A stretch of DNA of 64,000 bases from a virus (taxonomy: Duplodnaviria > Caudoviricetes): positions 43,985-107,984 of IMG/VR virus record IMGVR_UViG_2928716645_000002; one strand, 5' to 3'. Shown here one piece after another: positions 1-8,857 of this stretch (its first letter is position 1; each line of letters begins with the position of its first letter). Below the pieces are notes generated by a model. That model was given only the letters and a program-made list of their open reading frames with translations, did not search any database and was not told the origin of the DNA. A program made the translations under genes and the position numbers.

Positions 1-158
1 GCCAGCGCGGCATCCGACTGCGCCAGCGCCGCATTGCGAGCCTTGTCGCTCGCAATCATCTTGTTGTCGGCGTCGACCTTCTGCTGCGCGCCCCGGACAT
101 AGCCCGAGGCATCGAAGTCAGAGGTGACCCGCAGGGACGACAGCGCCACTCCCGCCAT
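1..158 (-). CDS. Probable tape measure protein, N-terminus (truncated by window edge)
   Basis: ATG at 158 after GAGGGAGGG; reads MAGVALSSLRVTSDFDASGYVRGAQQKV..., open to the edge; directly follows the tail chaperones. Confidence 0.7.
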   Translation of the reverse strand, partial: MAGVALSSLRVTSDFDASGYVRGAQQKVDADNKMIASDKARNAALAQSDAAL

Positions 159-555
159 TTACGTGCCCTCCCTCTCTCAATGCCTTGCGGCTTTCTTCGG
201 CTTCCTTCTCCCGATCGGCCTCGCGCTGAACGTGCTCGAGAAATTCCTCGTCCATGGCGCTGACAAACGCCAAGAACGTCTCGAACTCGACGCCACGAAT
301 GTCATAGCGTCGCGCGTAGGTATCGATGGAAAGGAAGGTGATGGGTGACTGGCCGCCCATGGCGCCGTATTGCCGATCGAACCGAAGGGCATGCCATGCA
401 CGCCAATAAGTTCCGGCCCAGAATGGCAATACGGTATCGTCGGGCCGCTCTGCCTCTGCCGCGAACTCTACGGCGTCAGGATCTTCTTCGGCTAGTTCGA
501 GAAGCCAGTCGTCAATGCCCTTCTGCTCGAACTCATAGCGAAGGGCCGCCCTCAG
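118..555 (-). CDS. Tail assembly chaperone GT, frameshifted C-terminal part
   Basis: The -1 frame is open from the slippery site (LRAALRYEFEQKGIDDWLL...) into ORF 118..429 (PFWAGTYWRAWHALRFDRQYG). Confidence 0.8.
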   Translation of the reverse strand: MRAALRYEFEQKGIDDWLLELAEEDPDAVEFAAEAERPDDTVLPFWAGTYWRAWHALRFDRQYGAMGGQSPITFLSIDTYARRYDIRGVEFETFLAFVSAMDEEFLEHVQREADREKEAEESRKALREGGHVNGGSGAVVPAGHL

Positions 556-998
556 TTTTTTATTTTGGCCGCGACGAACTCGGCCTCTTCACGGCCGACT
601 CGCGTCGCCGCGCCGTAGATCGAGCCGCGGATATACCGGTACTCGGGATCAGTCAGGATCTCGATCGCCTTCTCCGGCGAGAACGGAATGTCCTGCTCAT
701 CGTCGTCGACCAGGCCCTCCCAGCCGAGCAAGAGGTGCTCGACAGCTAGATTGCCGTGGGCCTCGGCGAGAACGTCGTCGGGGACGTTATCGCCGTACTT
801 TCGGGCAAGCTTGGCGCCGATGGCGTCCCTTGCGATCTTGAAGGGAGCGTAATTCGTCGATCGAACGAACCAACGGATGGCACCGGAGGGGTCGATATCG
901 ATCGCCGGTATCCAGTCGCCCTCTCGCTCCTTCTGGCTGTCGGCCCTCATTGAGGACAACTTCAACTTACGCACTGTCTTTTCGGGGGTTTCAGTCAT
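552..998 (-). CDS. Tail assembly chaperone G
   Basis: 148 aa, lies downstream of the tail tube, contains LLGWEGL, and ends in A AAA AAC TGA. Confidence 0.8.
   Translation of the reverse strand: MTETPEKTVRKLKLSSMRADSQKEREGDWIPAIDIDPSGAIRWFVRSTNYAPFKIARDAIGAKLARKYGDNVPDDVLAEAHGNLAVEHLLLGWEGLVDDDEQDIPFSPEKAIEILTDPEYRYIRGSIYGAATRVGREEAEFVAAKIKN
555..561 (-). promoter_or_regulatory. -1 ribosomal frameshift slippery heptamer AAAAAAC
   Basis: X XXY YYZ pattern in the correct frame immediately before the G stop codon; the -1 frame is open. Confidence 0.85.
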
Positions 999-1173
999 GG
1001 CTTGGTGTCACCTTGGTGAGCAAGGGAAGCCTGGCGGGCGCCAGGGGGTGACCAGCGATCCTGAGGACACCAATCCTCTACCGGCACCGACCGGTCCGGA
1101 TCGCTGGGATTTCGGGGCACCGCGCAACGCGCGCGATGCTGTTGGCGAATTCGTTCGGCGCAGTCGCCGCCGG

Positions 1174-2655
1174 CTATTCGACGTACTCGAAGCGATCGAG
1201 CAGGATGTGCGCGTTGGTCGCGACGTCCTGCGCGGCCTGGTAATCGAAGTCGGCCATGACCTGCGTGTTCTTGGCCGTGGCCTGCGGGTTGCCGCCACCG
1301 CGATAAACCGCTCGCGGCACCTGCCAGATCAGCGCCTGGCCGTTCTTCTGAACCCGCGAGTTGATATTGCGGGGGGTACCGTTCCGGAACGCCAACACCT
1401 CGGTCAGGCTGCCGAAATAGGTCGTCAGCTTGCCGGTGACGGTGCATTCGCCGTCATCCAGCCCAACCGGCGCGTCGGAGTCGACCGCGTCCAGCGCCTG
1501 CAGATTGTTGTTGATCTGGACCGAGAAGCCCTTGGCCCAGTTCGGCGAGCCGAGTTGCGCCTGGTTGACACCGAGACGGCCGACGTTCGCATTGGCCGCC
1601 ATGACGACACCCGTCGTCACCGGATCCGGGGTCGCGTCGAGCGTCACAGTCGTCTCGTCACCGCCGAGGCCCAAGAAATCCGCGGACCACTTCAGCTTGT
1701 CGCCGCTCTGCATGTCGACGTTGAAGGTGTTCACCCGCATGCCGAGATACTTGATGAACGCCGGCGTCTGCATGCCGAGAAAGCCCTTCTCGATAGTCAT
1801 CGTGTTGGGCGTGACGCCGTTCTTGATCTGGTCGCTGACGAAAACCGAGATCGTCTTGCCGGTGCCGGGATCGGCTGCCCAGCCCGACGGCAGATTGTCC
1901 AGTGTCAGTTTGTTGGCGGCGATCGCAGCGATGCGCGCGTAAGCCGCATTCCGAGCCTTGGCGCCGGCGGTGACCAGGAAGGCGAACGTCGAAGCGTCGG
2001 CGGTGCCGCCAACCTTGATCCACTGTCCGACAGCGAGACCGAGCGTGGTGAAATCGAGGGTCGTGGACCCCAGCCCGTCGACCAGCGCCGTGACGTCGCT
2101 GGCGACACCGGCGAAACCGACCACCTTGAGCCGTGCGGTACCTGGAGGCGCCGCCTCCGCGACCATGCCGGCGCCGCCGACAACGGTGGTGCCCGTGGAC
2201 GCCGAGGCGCGGAAGATCTGGTTGTTCGCCGCCTGGCCGAAGCCGGTCGCGCGCACCAGCATGCCGATCTTCACCGCGGCACCGCCCGACACCACGGCAT
2301 AGGTGCTCGCCGTGGTGCCGGCATCGGTGACGACGCTGTCCGCGGTGCCATCGTTGAAGAACACCGGGGCATTCACCCACGTATTCTCGAACGCCGACAT
2401 GAGGAGTTCGGACAGCGGCGAGCCATCGTCGGGGAAGGAGATCTCGCCGTTGATGCCGCCGTTGGTCGTCTCGTTCGTCTTGATCGGATCGCCGAGCATG
2501 CGGTCATCGCGGATCTCTTCCGAGTCCACATACGTCGGCGCCAGGGAAAGCGACTCGCCGGTCATCCTGACCTTGCGCATGCGCGGCGTCGTCGGGGTGA
2601 CGCCGGGCGTGGTCTCCCGAACGAGAGCGAGTTGCGTACGGTTGGATGAGGTCAC
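1174..2655 (-). CDS. Major tail tube protein
   Basis: 493 aa; N-terminus RETTPGVTP..RMTGESL is typical of siphophage tube proteins; position fits. Confidence 0.85.
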   Translation of the reverse strand: MTSSNRTQLALVRETTPGVTPTTPRMRKVRMTGESLSLAPTYVDSEEIRDDRMLGDPIKTNETTNGGINGEISFPDDGSPLSELLMSAFENTWVNAPVFFNDGTADSVVTDAGTTASTYAVVSGGAAVKIGMLVRATGFGQAANNQIFRASASTGTTVVGGAGMVAEAAPPGTARLKVVGFAGVASDVTALVDGLGSTTLDFTTLGLAVGQWIKVGGTADASTFAFLVTAGAKARNAAYARIAAIAANKLTLDNLPSGWAADPGTGKTISVFVSDQIKNGVTPNTMTIEKGFLGMQTPAFIKYLGMRVNTFNVDMQSGDKLKWSADFLGLGGDETTVTLDATPDPVTTGVVMAANANVGRLGVNQAQLGSPNWAKGFSVQINNNLQALDAVDSDAPVGLDDGECTVTGKLTTYFGSLTEVLAFRNGTPRNINSRVQKNGQALIWQVPRAVYRGGGNPQATAKNTQVMADFDYQAAQDVATNAHILLDRFEYVE

Positions 2656-2670
2656 GGCGTTCTCCCAATG

Positions 2671-2695
2671 AAAAAGGCGCCCGATGGGGCGCCTT
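2671..2695 (-). terminator. Intrinsic terminator-like hairpin
   Basis: Minus strand reads AAGGCGCCC-CATC-GGGCGCCTT followed by TTT. Confidence 0.6.
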
Positions 2696-2722
2696 GCGTG
2701 AGGTCAGCGATGGTTGGTGGGG

Positions 2723-2968
2723 TTACTTCTCGGAGGTCGCCGGGGCCGCTGGCGGGCTCGTCTCGAGTTTGTTCGGCGGCACGATCACCGGAGCCGGCAT
2801 CGGCACCGACTTCTCGTCCTTCTCCTTGATGAAGCCGCGCGACTCCAGCGTCTCGATGCTGTGCGGCTCGAGGTTGTCGTCGGTCTTGACGACGTTGCTG
2901 CGCTCATCATCGGGCTTGAAGCGGCGGTTCACTGTGTTGAATGCCTTCAGGACGGAGTACTCGGTCAT
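2723..2968 (-). CDS. Small hypothetical phage protein
   Basis: MTEYSVLKAF..., with AGGAG upstream; lies in the tail operon. Confidence 0.6.
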   Translation of the reverse strand: MTEYSVLKAFNTVNRRFKPDDERSNVVKTDDNLEPHSIETLESRGFIKEKDEKSVPMPAPVIVPPNKLETSPPAAPATSEK

Positions 2969-2981
2969 GGGCTCATGTCTC

Positions 2982-3455
2982 CTATTGGGCTTCTCGCAAG
3001 CCCCATTCGATGCTGGCGGACAGCAGGTAATAGTTCCCGTTCTCAGCGCCGGGATCACCCGCGGCCAGGTCAGCGGCCAAGAACTCCAGTCGGTCTTCCA
3101 GCAGCGTCAGCCCGCGGAACATCCGGACGAGCCCCTTCGCGATGCGCCGCGCCGCGACGGCACCGGTTTTGCGAGGCGTGAAGACGTGAAACCAGAGCGT
3201 GCCTTCCTCGTCCCAGCGATTGTCGCCGGCGCCCTCGCCGCCGCCGATGGTTTCCTGGCCGTAGAAGGACGAAACCAGCATGACGAGCACCCACGCCGAT
3301 ATCTCGCCGCTCGGCGCGCTGTCGCCCTCGTTTTCGTAGACCAGCGGCGCGACGCTGAAATCCCATTGCCCTGGGACCAGGCTGTTGGTCTCGAGATCGA
3401 CATAGCCGAGGAGCGCGCGGAGCGCGTCGAACACCTCATCGTTGGGCAGATCCAT
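2982..3455 (-). CDS. Tail terminator-like protein
   Basis: MDLPNDEV... start is coupled to the upstream stop; EEGTLWFHVFTP motif; precedes the tube gene. Confidence 0.7.
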   Translation of the reverse strand: MDLPNDEVFDALRALLGYVDLETNSLVPGQWDFSVAPLVYENEGDSAPSGEISAWVLVMLVSSFYGQETIGGGEGAGDNRWDEEGTLWFHVFTPRKTGAVAARRIAKGLVRMFRGLTLLEDRLEFLAADLAAGDPGAENGNYYLLSASIEWGLREAQ

Positions 3456-4108
3456 CAGGACACCTTCATCGACAGCACCAGCGCCGGATAGGTCATCTGC
3501 GCGCCGGCCATGGTGTCGGGCCGCAGCTTTCGGCGCGCATATGGCCGATAGCCCCGCCGGAATTGGCCCTTCAGGATGTAGCCACCCGGCAGCGGGATCA
3601 GCGTGCGCTTCGCCGTAACGAAGTTGCCGAACCGCGCCATAAGGGCCTTCTTGACGTCTTCGATGATGCCCGGCGGCACCGACATCCGCATGTGACCGAC
3701 ATCGATCTTGCGGCTGTACGGCCGGTTGTTGGTCAGGATCACGGTCGCATTGAGCGGAATTTCGTCGAAGCTCTTCACGATGCCGCCGGGCGTCATGATG
3801 AACCAAGATCGTTTGTAGTCGCCCGAGTCTTCCGGTGAGCGCTCCACCGCAGTCTGAAGCGCGTACTCGACGATTTCGCGCCACCAACGGAAGACATACA
3901 GGATCGGGCCCGGCGGCGTGACGGTCTCTTCTTCGGCGTCGAGCCGACCGTTGACGTATTTGTCGTACCGCTCCGAGCCGATGCCTTCCTGGATCGCCTT
4001 CGACAATTCGGAGCGCGCGAAGGCGGCCATTTCCTTGGCGATGTTCTCCGGTGCGATCCCCGCAGTTGCGAACTTGAGATCCCGCTCAAACGTCGAGATG
4101 CGGGGCAT
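3455..4108 (-). CDS. Neck / tail completion protein (HK97 gp10-like)
   Basis: SPEDSGDYKRSW and NNRPYSRKI motifs; position fits. Confidence 0.65.
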   Translation of the reverse strand: MPRISTFERDLKFATAGIAPENIAKEMAAFARSELSKAIQEGIGSERYDKYVNGRLDAEEETVTPPGPILYVFRWWREIVEYALQTAVERSPEDSGDYKRSWFIMTPGGIVKSFDEIPLNATVILTNNRPYSRKIDVGHMRMSVPPGIIEDVKKALMARFGNFVTAKRTLIPLPGGYILKGQFRRGYRPYARRKLRPDTMAGAQMTYPALVLSMKVS

Positions 4109-4110
4109 TT

Positions 4111-4491
4111 CTAGCCGTCCACGATCATCTTGACGCGAACGATCTCGCTATCGACCGCTATCGGATCGACCGATTTCACCGTCTTGGCGCCCCCTTTGAC
4201 TATGGCGACATCGCCAATGACCGGGATAGCGGGATCAACGTTAAAGGGGGGCGCGGCCGGAGCTGGAGCGTGTTGCGGCCAACCATCTGCCCGGATCTGC
4301 GTCATGGAGATGATCACGACGAACGGCTGCTTGTAGATTCCGGCTGCAATGGCCTCGGCGTTCAGGCGATAGCTGCGGACATGCGCCCGTACGTTGACCT
4401 CGTCCTTGTGAGCGCCGATGACGCGGCGAAGAACGACATCTTCACCCTCGTCCGCCAGCGATGCGTCCAGATCGTCGATGTGATCCGACAT
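4111..4491 (-). CDS. Head closure (stopper)-like protein
   Basis: MSDHIDDL..., about 126 aa, follows the connector gene. Confidence 0.6.
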   Translation of the reverse strand: MSDHIDDLDASLADEGEDVVLRRVIGAHKDEVNVRAHVRSYRLNAEAIAAGIYKQPFVVIISMTQIRADGWPQHAPAPAAPPFNVDPAIPVIGDVAIVKGGAKTVKSVDPIAVDSEIVRVKMIVDG

Positions 4492-4493
4492 GG

Positions 4494-5183
4494 CTATGCC
4501 GCAAGCGCAACGTAGCGCCACTGGTCGAGAGTGGCGGCGATTTCCGGCGGGAGCGTAGAACTGCCTGGCGTTCCTCCGACCCAGAATACCTTCCGGTCCA
4601 CGTCGACCACCTCGATCTCCTTGAGGAGAGGATCGCGCTTCCGCGCGGAGCGGGCTCCCTTGACGAGATCAATGACCGCCTTCTCGATATCGTAGGGCAA
4701 CGTGCGATCGTTACCTGCGTCCTGCAGTCGGTAGCCTGCGGTGAACGAGACCACCACCTTGTGGCAACCATGCCAGGAGGAGACCCTGTCGTTTCGAAGC
4801 CGCGATAGCAGGCCGGCCGCACCGTCGATTTCGAAATCGGCCTCTTGGAGCGCAGTGTCGCCGACAACAACCGAGGCCACCGCGGTCACGGGGCGCCTGG
4901 CCAAGATCAAATGCCGGCGCGGGTTCGCCGCACCGACGCCGCTAAACCTCCGAATCCCGTGATCCTCGAAGCGAAACGTCTGGACCAACTCCTCCGAAGC
5001 CAGCGTCATCGAGCCATCGGACGCCTGCGGCACCCGGAGATAGGCGCAAACCGCGGCCGAGGCCTGATTTATCTTCTCCGTCAGGTACGCGTCCTCGGCA
5101 GATCCGGAAATTCCGAGGTCAGCCTTCACGGCCTCAAGCGTGGTGAGCGCTTTCGTGGCGGCCGGTGTCGCGACGGTGAACAT
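4494..5183 (-). CDS. Head-tail connector (adaptor)
   Basis: LTTLEAVKADLGI..ED.YL and FTAGY..LPYDIEKAV motifs. Confidence 0.8.
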   Translation of the reverse strand: MFTVATPAATKALTTLEAVKADLGISGSAEDAYLTEKINQASAAVCAYLRVPQASDGSMTLASEELVQTFRFEDHGIRRFSGVGAANPRRHLILARRPVTAVASVVVGDTALQEADFEIDGAAGLLSRLRNDRVSSWHGCHKVVVSFTAGYRLQDAGNDRTLPYDIEKAVIDLVKGARSARKRDPLLKEIEVVDVDRKVFWVGGTPGSSTLPPEIAATLDQWRYVALAA

Positions 5184-5205
5184 CGGCGCCTCGCGCTACC
5201 AGATC

Positions 5206-5676
5206 CTAAGCAATCGGAGTCGCGCCGTCGCCGGCGATCTGGCCGTCGGGGCTTTTGACTTCGCTCTGCGGGGACGGAACATCGAGACCGAGCGCCTCGA
5301 GCGCGCGCTGAATGGCCGAGATCACCTCGGCTTCCGACGTCGCCGCCGCGATGTCGATCTTGTGCTCGGCGGCGATGGCTTCGAGTTGCGCATGCGTCAG
5401 AAGAGCGAGCTTTGCAGTCGCCTCGTCACGCTTGGCCTGCAGTTCGGCAGCGGCTTGAACGCGCGCCTGCTCTTCCTCGAGCAATCTTGCGGCCTCATCG
5501 TCCTCGACACCGCGGTCCATCTTGGATTCGCGGGTCTCTTTGGCCCATTTTTCGGCGATCGCAGCCTCGGCAAGCGCACCGGAGACCTCCTCACCGACCA
5601 AAATCTGACGCGGATAGACGCTGCCATCTTCGACGCCGGAGAATTCCTTTGTGACCTTTGCGCGGATGAGGCTCAT
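5206..5676 (-). CDS. Hypothetical protein with a C-terminal LEM/Rho-N-like helical motif
   Basis: 156 aa; LTHAQLEAIAAEHKID..EVISAI. Confidence 0.6.
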   Translation of the reverse strand: MSLIRAKVTKEFSGVEDGSVYPRQILVGEEVSGALAEAAIAEKWAKETRESKMDRGVEDDEAARLLEEEQARVQAAAELQAKRDEATAKLALLTHAQLEAIAAEHKIDIAAATSEAEVISAIQRALEALGLDVPSPQSEVKSPDGQIAGDGATPIA

Positions 5677-5699
5677 GCTGATCTCTCATTTCTGGGCGA

Positions 5700-5744
5700 A
5701 AAATCGCGAAAAATGGCTCAAAATGAGCGATTTTTCGCGATTTT
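5700..5744. repeat. Long inverted repeat with phased A/T tracts
   Basis: AAAATCGCGAAAAAT-G-GCTCA-aaa-TGAGC-G-ATTTTTCGCGATTTT. Confidence 0.85.
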
Positions 5745-5839
5745 GGCTGTTTTTGGGTCAAAAGTCGCTGTTTTTGGCTTGTTTTCGGGCGTTCTCGGCC
5801 GGCTCCCGCGAACGAAAGCCGGCCGAGTTGAGCGCTGAA

Positions 5840-6283
5840 TTACGACACCGCCTGAACGACCGGCGCGTTGTTGGCGCCATCCAGGATGGCCATAGCGGCA
5901 AAAGCCGCGGCGCCAGCGTTGTTCGCCGGCGTGACAGTCAAGCGCGTGTAGCGCTTGCTGCCCCGATAGCCGAGCTTGCGGACCTGTCCGTCGCTATCGA
6001 ACTTGAAACCGGCGGCCGTCAGCGGAGCGACGCCGACAGTCTCGCTGATCATGTCGCCATCGGCGACGGTGTTCGCGCCCGACATATCGGCATTGTTGCT
6101 CTCCTCGAGCAGAACGGCGAACGTCGCGTCGGCGTCGGCGACCGCGCCGATCTGGATGGCGTACGTCAGCCGGGTGAAGCCCTGGATGTCGATGATCGAA
6201 CCGACCTGGGCGGTGTTGTCGGCAACCGAGACGGCCGCGAGGACCGCCTTCAACTGCATTCCATTGGCGCTATCGCGGCGCAT
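5840..6283 (-). CDS. Putative capsid decoration / cement protein
   Basis: 147 aa, beta-rich, YRGSKRYTRL motif, directly after the capsid gene. Confidence 0.6.
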   Translation of the reverse strand: MRRDSANGMQLKAVLAAVSVADNTAQVGSIIDIQGFTRLTYAIQIGAVADADATFAVLLEESNNADMSGANTVADGDMISETVGVAPLTAAGFKFDSDGQVRKLGYRGSKRYTRLTVTPANNAGAAAFAAMAILDGANNAPVVQAVS

Positions 6284-6384
6284 GTGCGTTTCCTTTCGGA
6301 ATATGGGTGAAAATGCGGGGGAAGACTCTCGCGGCCCGCACCGAAGCGCGGACCGCCTGGCCCTTGGCGGACCGTCGGTCTCGG

Positions 6385-7803
6385 TTACGAGGCCGAGAAC
6401 TTCAGAACCTTGATGGCCTCGAAGTTCTGGACGCCGCCGCCGACGCGCTTGGTCGTGTAGAAGAGGATGTACGGCTTGGCGGTGAACGGGTCGCGCAGAA
6501 CGCGGATGCCGACGCGGTCGATGATCAGGTAACCGCGCTTGAAGTCACCGATCGCGATCGACGTGCTGTTCGCGCCGATGTCCGGCATGTCCGGCATCTC
6601 GACCGCCATGCGGCCGATGATCTCCTCGACGAAGCCCTCCGGACGGAGAACCATGTTGAGCAGATAGTTGCCCTGGCCGTCCTTCAGCTTCCGGACGGCG
6701 CCGAGCGTCTTGCGGTTCGCAACCCAGGTCGAGTTGTTGCGGTAGAGCGTCTTGAGCGAGTGATAGAGGTCGATCAAGCAGTCCGCGCCCTTCGGCGGGG
6801 TGTCGTCGGTCTTGAACGCGCCCGCGGCACCGGTCGGGACGTACCCGATCTTGCCCCATGCGTACGCGGTGTCGGCGACGATCGGGTAGCCGCCGATGAA
6901 GCCGGCCGGCTTGAGGACGCCGTCACCTGAGATGAAGGCAACACCCTCCTTCTGGGCGAACTCCAACTGGACTTCGCCGGCAAGCCAGGTGGCGATGTCC
7001 ATGAAGGAGTCGTCGAGCAGGCTCTGCGAAGCCGCCGGCATGGCGTACATTTCCATGATCGGGAACTTCAGCTCGGCGAGATTCGCGCCCGCGGTCTGCG
7101 AGCGGGAATCCGTCTCGCCGACCCAGCCCGACGCGGTGCCGTGCTGGTTGACCAGCTTCTTGTACTCGGCGGTGCCGATCTGGCGGACCGTCGCCAGGTC
7201 GCGCATCGGCGAGATCTCCTTCACGACCTCGTTGATCGTCTGCTCGATCTCCGGCAGGACGGTGTAGCCGCCGTCGGGATCGGAGCCGACGGTCATCGCC
7301 GCCTTGACCTCCAACTGGCGGAAGGCATGCTCGCCGCCGACGGCACCCTCACCGCGGCGGAAGTAGGTGTTGAACGCCTTGGCATACGCCGCGTAGCCCT
7401 CGTTCTGAGTCCGCGGGTCGACCTTGGCGCCGCCCTGGCCGCCGCTGACCGTGAGCGCGGCCTGCTTCTCGTTCAGCTTGTCGATCTCGGCGGCGATCTT
7501 GTCGACCTTGGCGCCGATCTCCTTCTGGGTCTTGACCGCTTCGTCGACAGCAGCGTTGACCTTGTCGACCTTCTCGGCGGTGACGGCGTCCGCCTTACCC
7601 TTCAGGGCCTCATCGTTCGAGGCCTTGAAGTCGGCGAAGATCTTCTCGAGCCCCGCGAATGCCTTGGCCTGGTCGGTCTTGAAGTTGCCGAGGTCGGTGG
7701 TGAGCTGCTGCAGCACCTCCGCCGGACTCGCATCAGCGCGCACGCGGCCGGCGAGGATCGCTCGCGGCATAGCGGTGCCGCTCAGCATGACGCTCTTGGT
7801 CAT
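6385..7803 (-). CDS. HK97-family major capsid protein
   Basis: Coiled-coil delta domain, DGGYTVLPE, WVGE, GDFKRGY and KRVGGGV motifs. Confidence 0.97.
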   Translation of the reverse strand: MTKSVMLSGTAMPRAILAGRVRADASPAEVLQQLTTDLGNFKTDQAKAFAGLEKIFADFKASNDEALKGKADAVTAEKVDKVNAAVDEAVKTQKEIGAKVDKIAAEIDKLNEKQAALTVSGGQGGAKVDPRTQNEGYAAYAKAFNTYFRRGEGAVGGEHAFRQLEVKAAMTVGSDPDGGYTVLPEIEQTINEVVKEISPMRDLATVRQIGTAEYKKLVNQHGTASGWVGETDSRSQTAGANLAELKFPIMEMYAMPAASQSLLDDSFMDIATWLAGEVQLEFAQKEGVAFISGDGVLKPAGFIGGYPIVADTAYAWGKIGYVPTGAAGAFKTDDTPPKGADCLIDLYHSLKTLYRNNSTWVANRKTLGAVRKLKDGQGNYLLNMVLRPEGFVEEIIGRMAVEMPDMPDIGANSTSIAIGDFKRGYLIIDRVGIRVLRDPFTAKPYILFYTTKRVGGGVQNFEAIKVLKFSAS

Positions 7804-7843
7804 GACGTTCTCCTGATCTGTGATGTGGTGGTGATGGGTGTCG

Positions 7844-8842
7844 TTAAGCCTTCAGCGACTGGCTGAGCGCGAGCGCGCCCTTGATCCAATCGTTGTTGCC
7901 AGCGTCATGCGTGGCAGCAGCGGCAGCGTCTTGCGTACCGCTATTCTCTCGGGCAGCAGCGTCTGGCTTGCCGCCTTTGATCTCCTGCAGAAGGGCGCGC
8001 GCCTGGCTGCGCGACATGCCGCCTTCCTTGGTCAGCAAGGACTCGACTTTGCGGACCGAATTGAACTGCGCGGCCGCTTTCGTGGCCGCCGGATCCTCGG
8101 TGAGGGAGTCCTTCGACATCAACGCAGTGGCAAATCCGAGCTTGATCGCCTGCTCCGCCGAGAAGAAGGTCTCCTCGTCCATCCAATTTTCGATCTTCGA
8201 CGCCTTCTCTCCGGTGCGGCGCGCGTAGATGTCGCGCAGCGCGTAATCGAACGGCTCGAGGTAGTCGGCGCACTCCTGCATGTCGTGGCGATTGCCGATC
8301 GCGATGACCCATGCGTTGTGGATCATGATGAAGGCGCCCTCGCCCATCAGACGCTCGTCACCGGCCATCGCGATGATGCTCGCGGCCGATGCGGCCAGGG
8401 CGAGCACCTTCACCGTGATCTTGCCCTTGTATTGCCGGAGCGTGTTGTAGATCGCGATGCCCTCGAACATATCGCCGCCAGGGCTGTTGATCTGGACTTC
8501 GCAGGGCTCGTCGTTGAACTTCGCGAGCTCGGTGGACACGGACTTCTCGGTGATGCCGCCACCCGTCCACCAGTCGTAGCCAATGACGTCATCGATCTTG
8601 ATGATGTTCTTGGTGTCCTGGTTGACCGGGCGGATTCCGGCCTTCCACTTCGTGAGAATGTCCTCACTGGGCGGAGCCGACGCGATATCGGTGCGCGGCT
8701 TGATGTCGATCCGCGGGGGCCGCGCGTTGATGGTGATCACGTCAGCTCCGCCCTCGGCGCCGGCCGCACCATCGTCTGTCGCCAGAATCGCGGCAGCATC
8801 GAGTACCGCGCGCGCATGCGCCCGTTGGTTCTTGTCAGCCAT
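7844..8842 (-). CDS. ClpP-related prohead protease
   Basis: INSPGGD, LAASAAS and MIHNAW motifs. Confidence 0.95.
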   Translation of the reverse strand: MADKNQRAHARAVLDAAAILATDDGAAGAEGGADVITINARPPRIDIKPRTDIASAPPSEDILTKWKAGIRPVNQDTKNIIKIDDVIGYDWWTGGGITEKSVSTELAKFNDEPCEVQINSPGGDMFEGIAIYNTLRQYKGKITVKVLALAASAASIIAMAGDERLMGEGAFIMIHNAWVIAIGNRHDMQECADYLEPFDYALRDIYARRTGEKASKIENWMDEETFFSAEQAIKLGFATALMSKDSLTEDPAATKAAAQFNSVRKVESLLTKEGGMSRSQARALLQEIKGGKPDAAARENSGTQDAAAAATHDAGNNDWIKGALALSQSLKA

Positions 8843-8857
8843 GGGGGATCCAGTTCG

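Noticed and set aside
877-2649. 590-aa plus-strand ORF and similar long shadow ORFs (10621-12315, 14425-15696, 18940-20016, 31750-33006, 35408-36814)
   Set aside because: They are antisense to well-supported genes, Arg/Gly/Ala-rich with no motifs, and expected in high-GC DNA.
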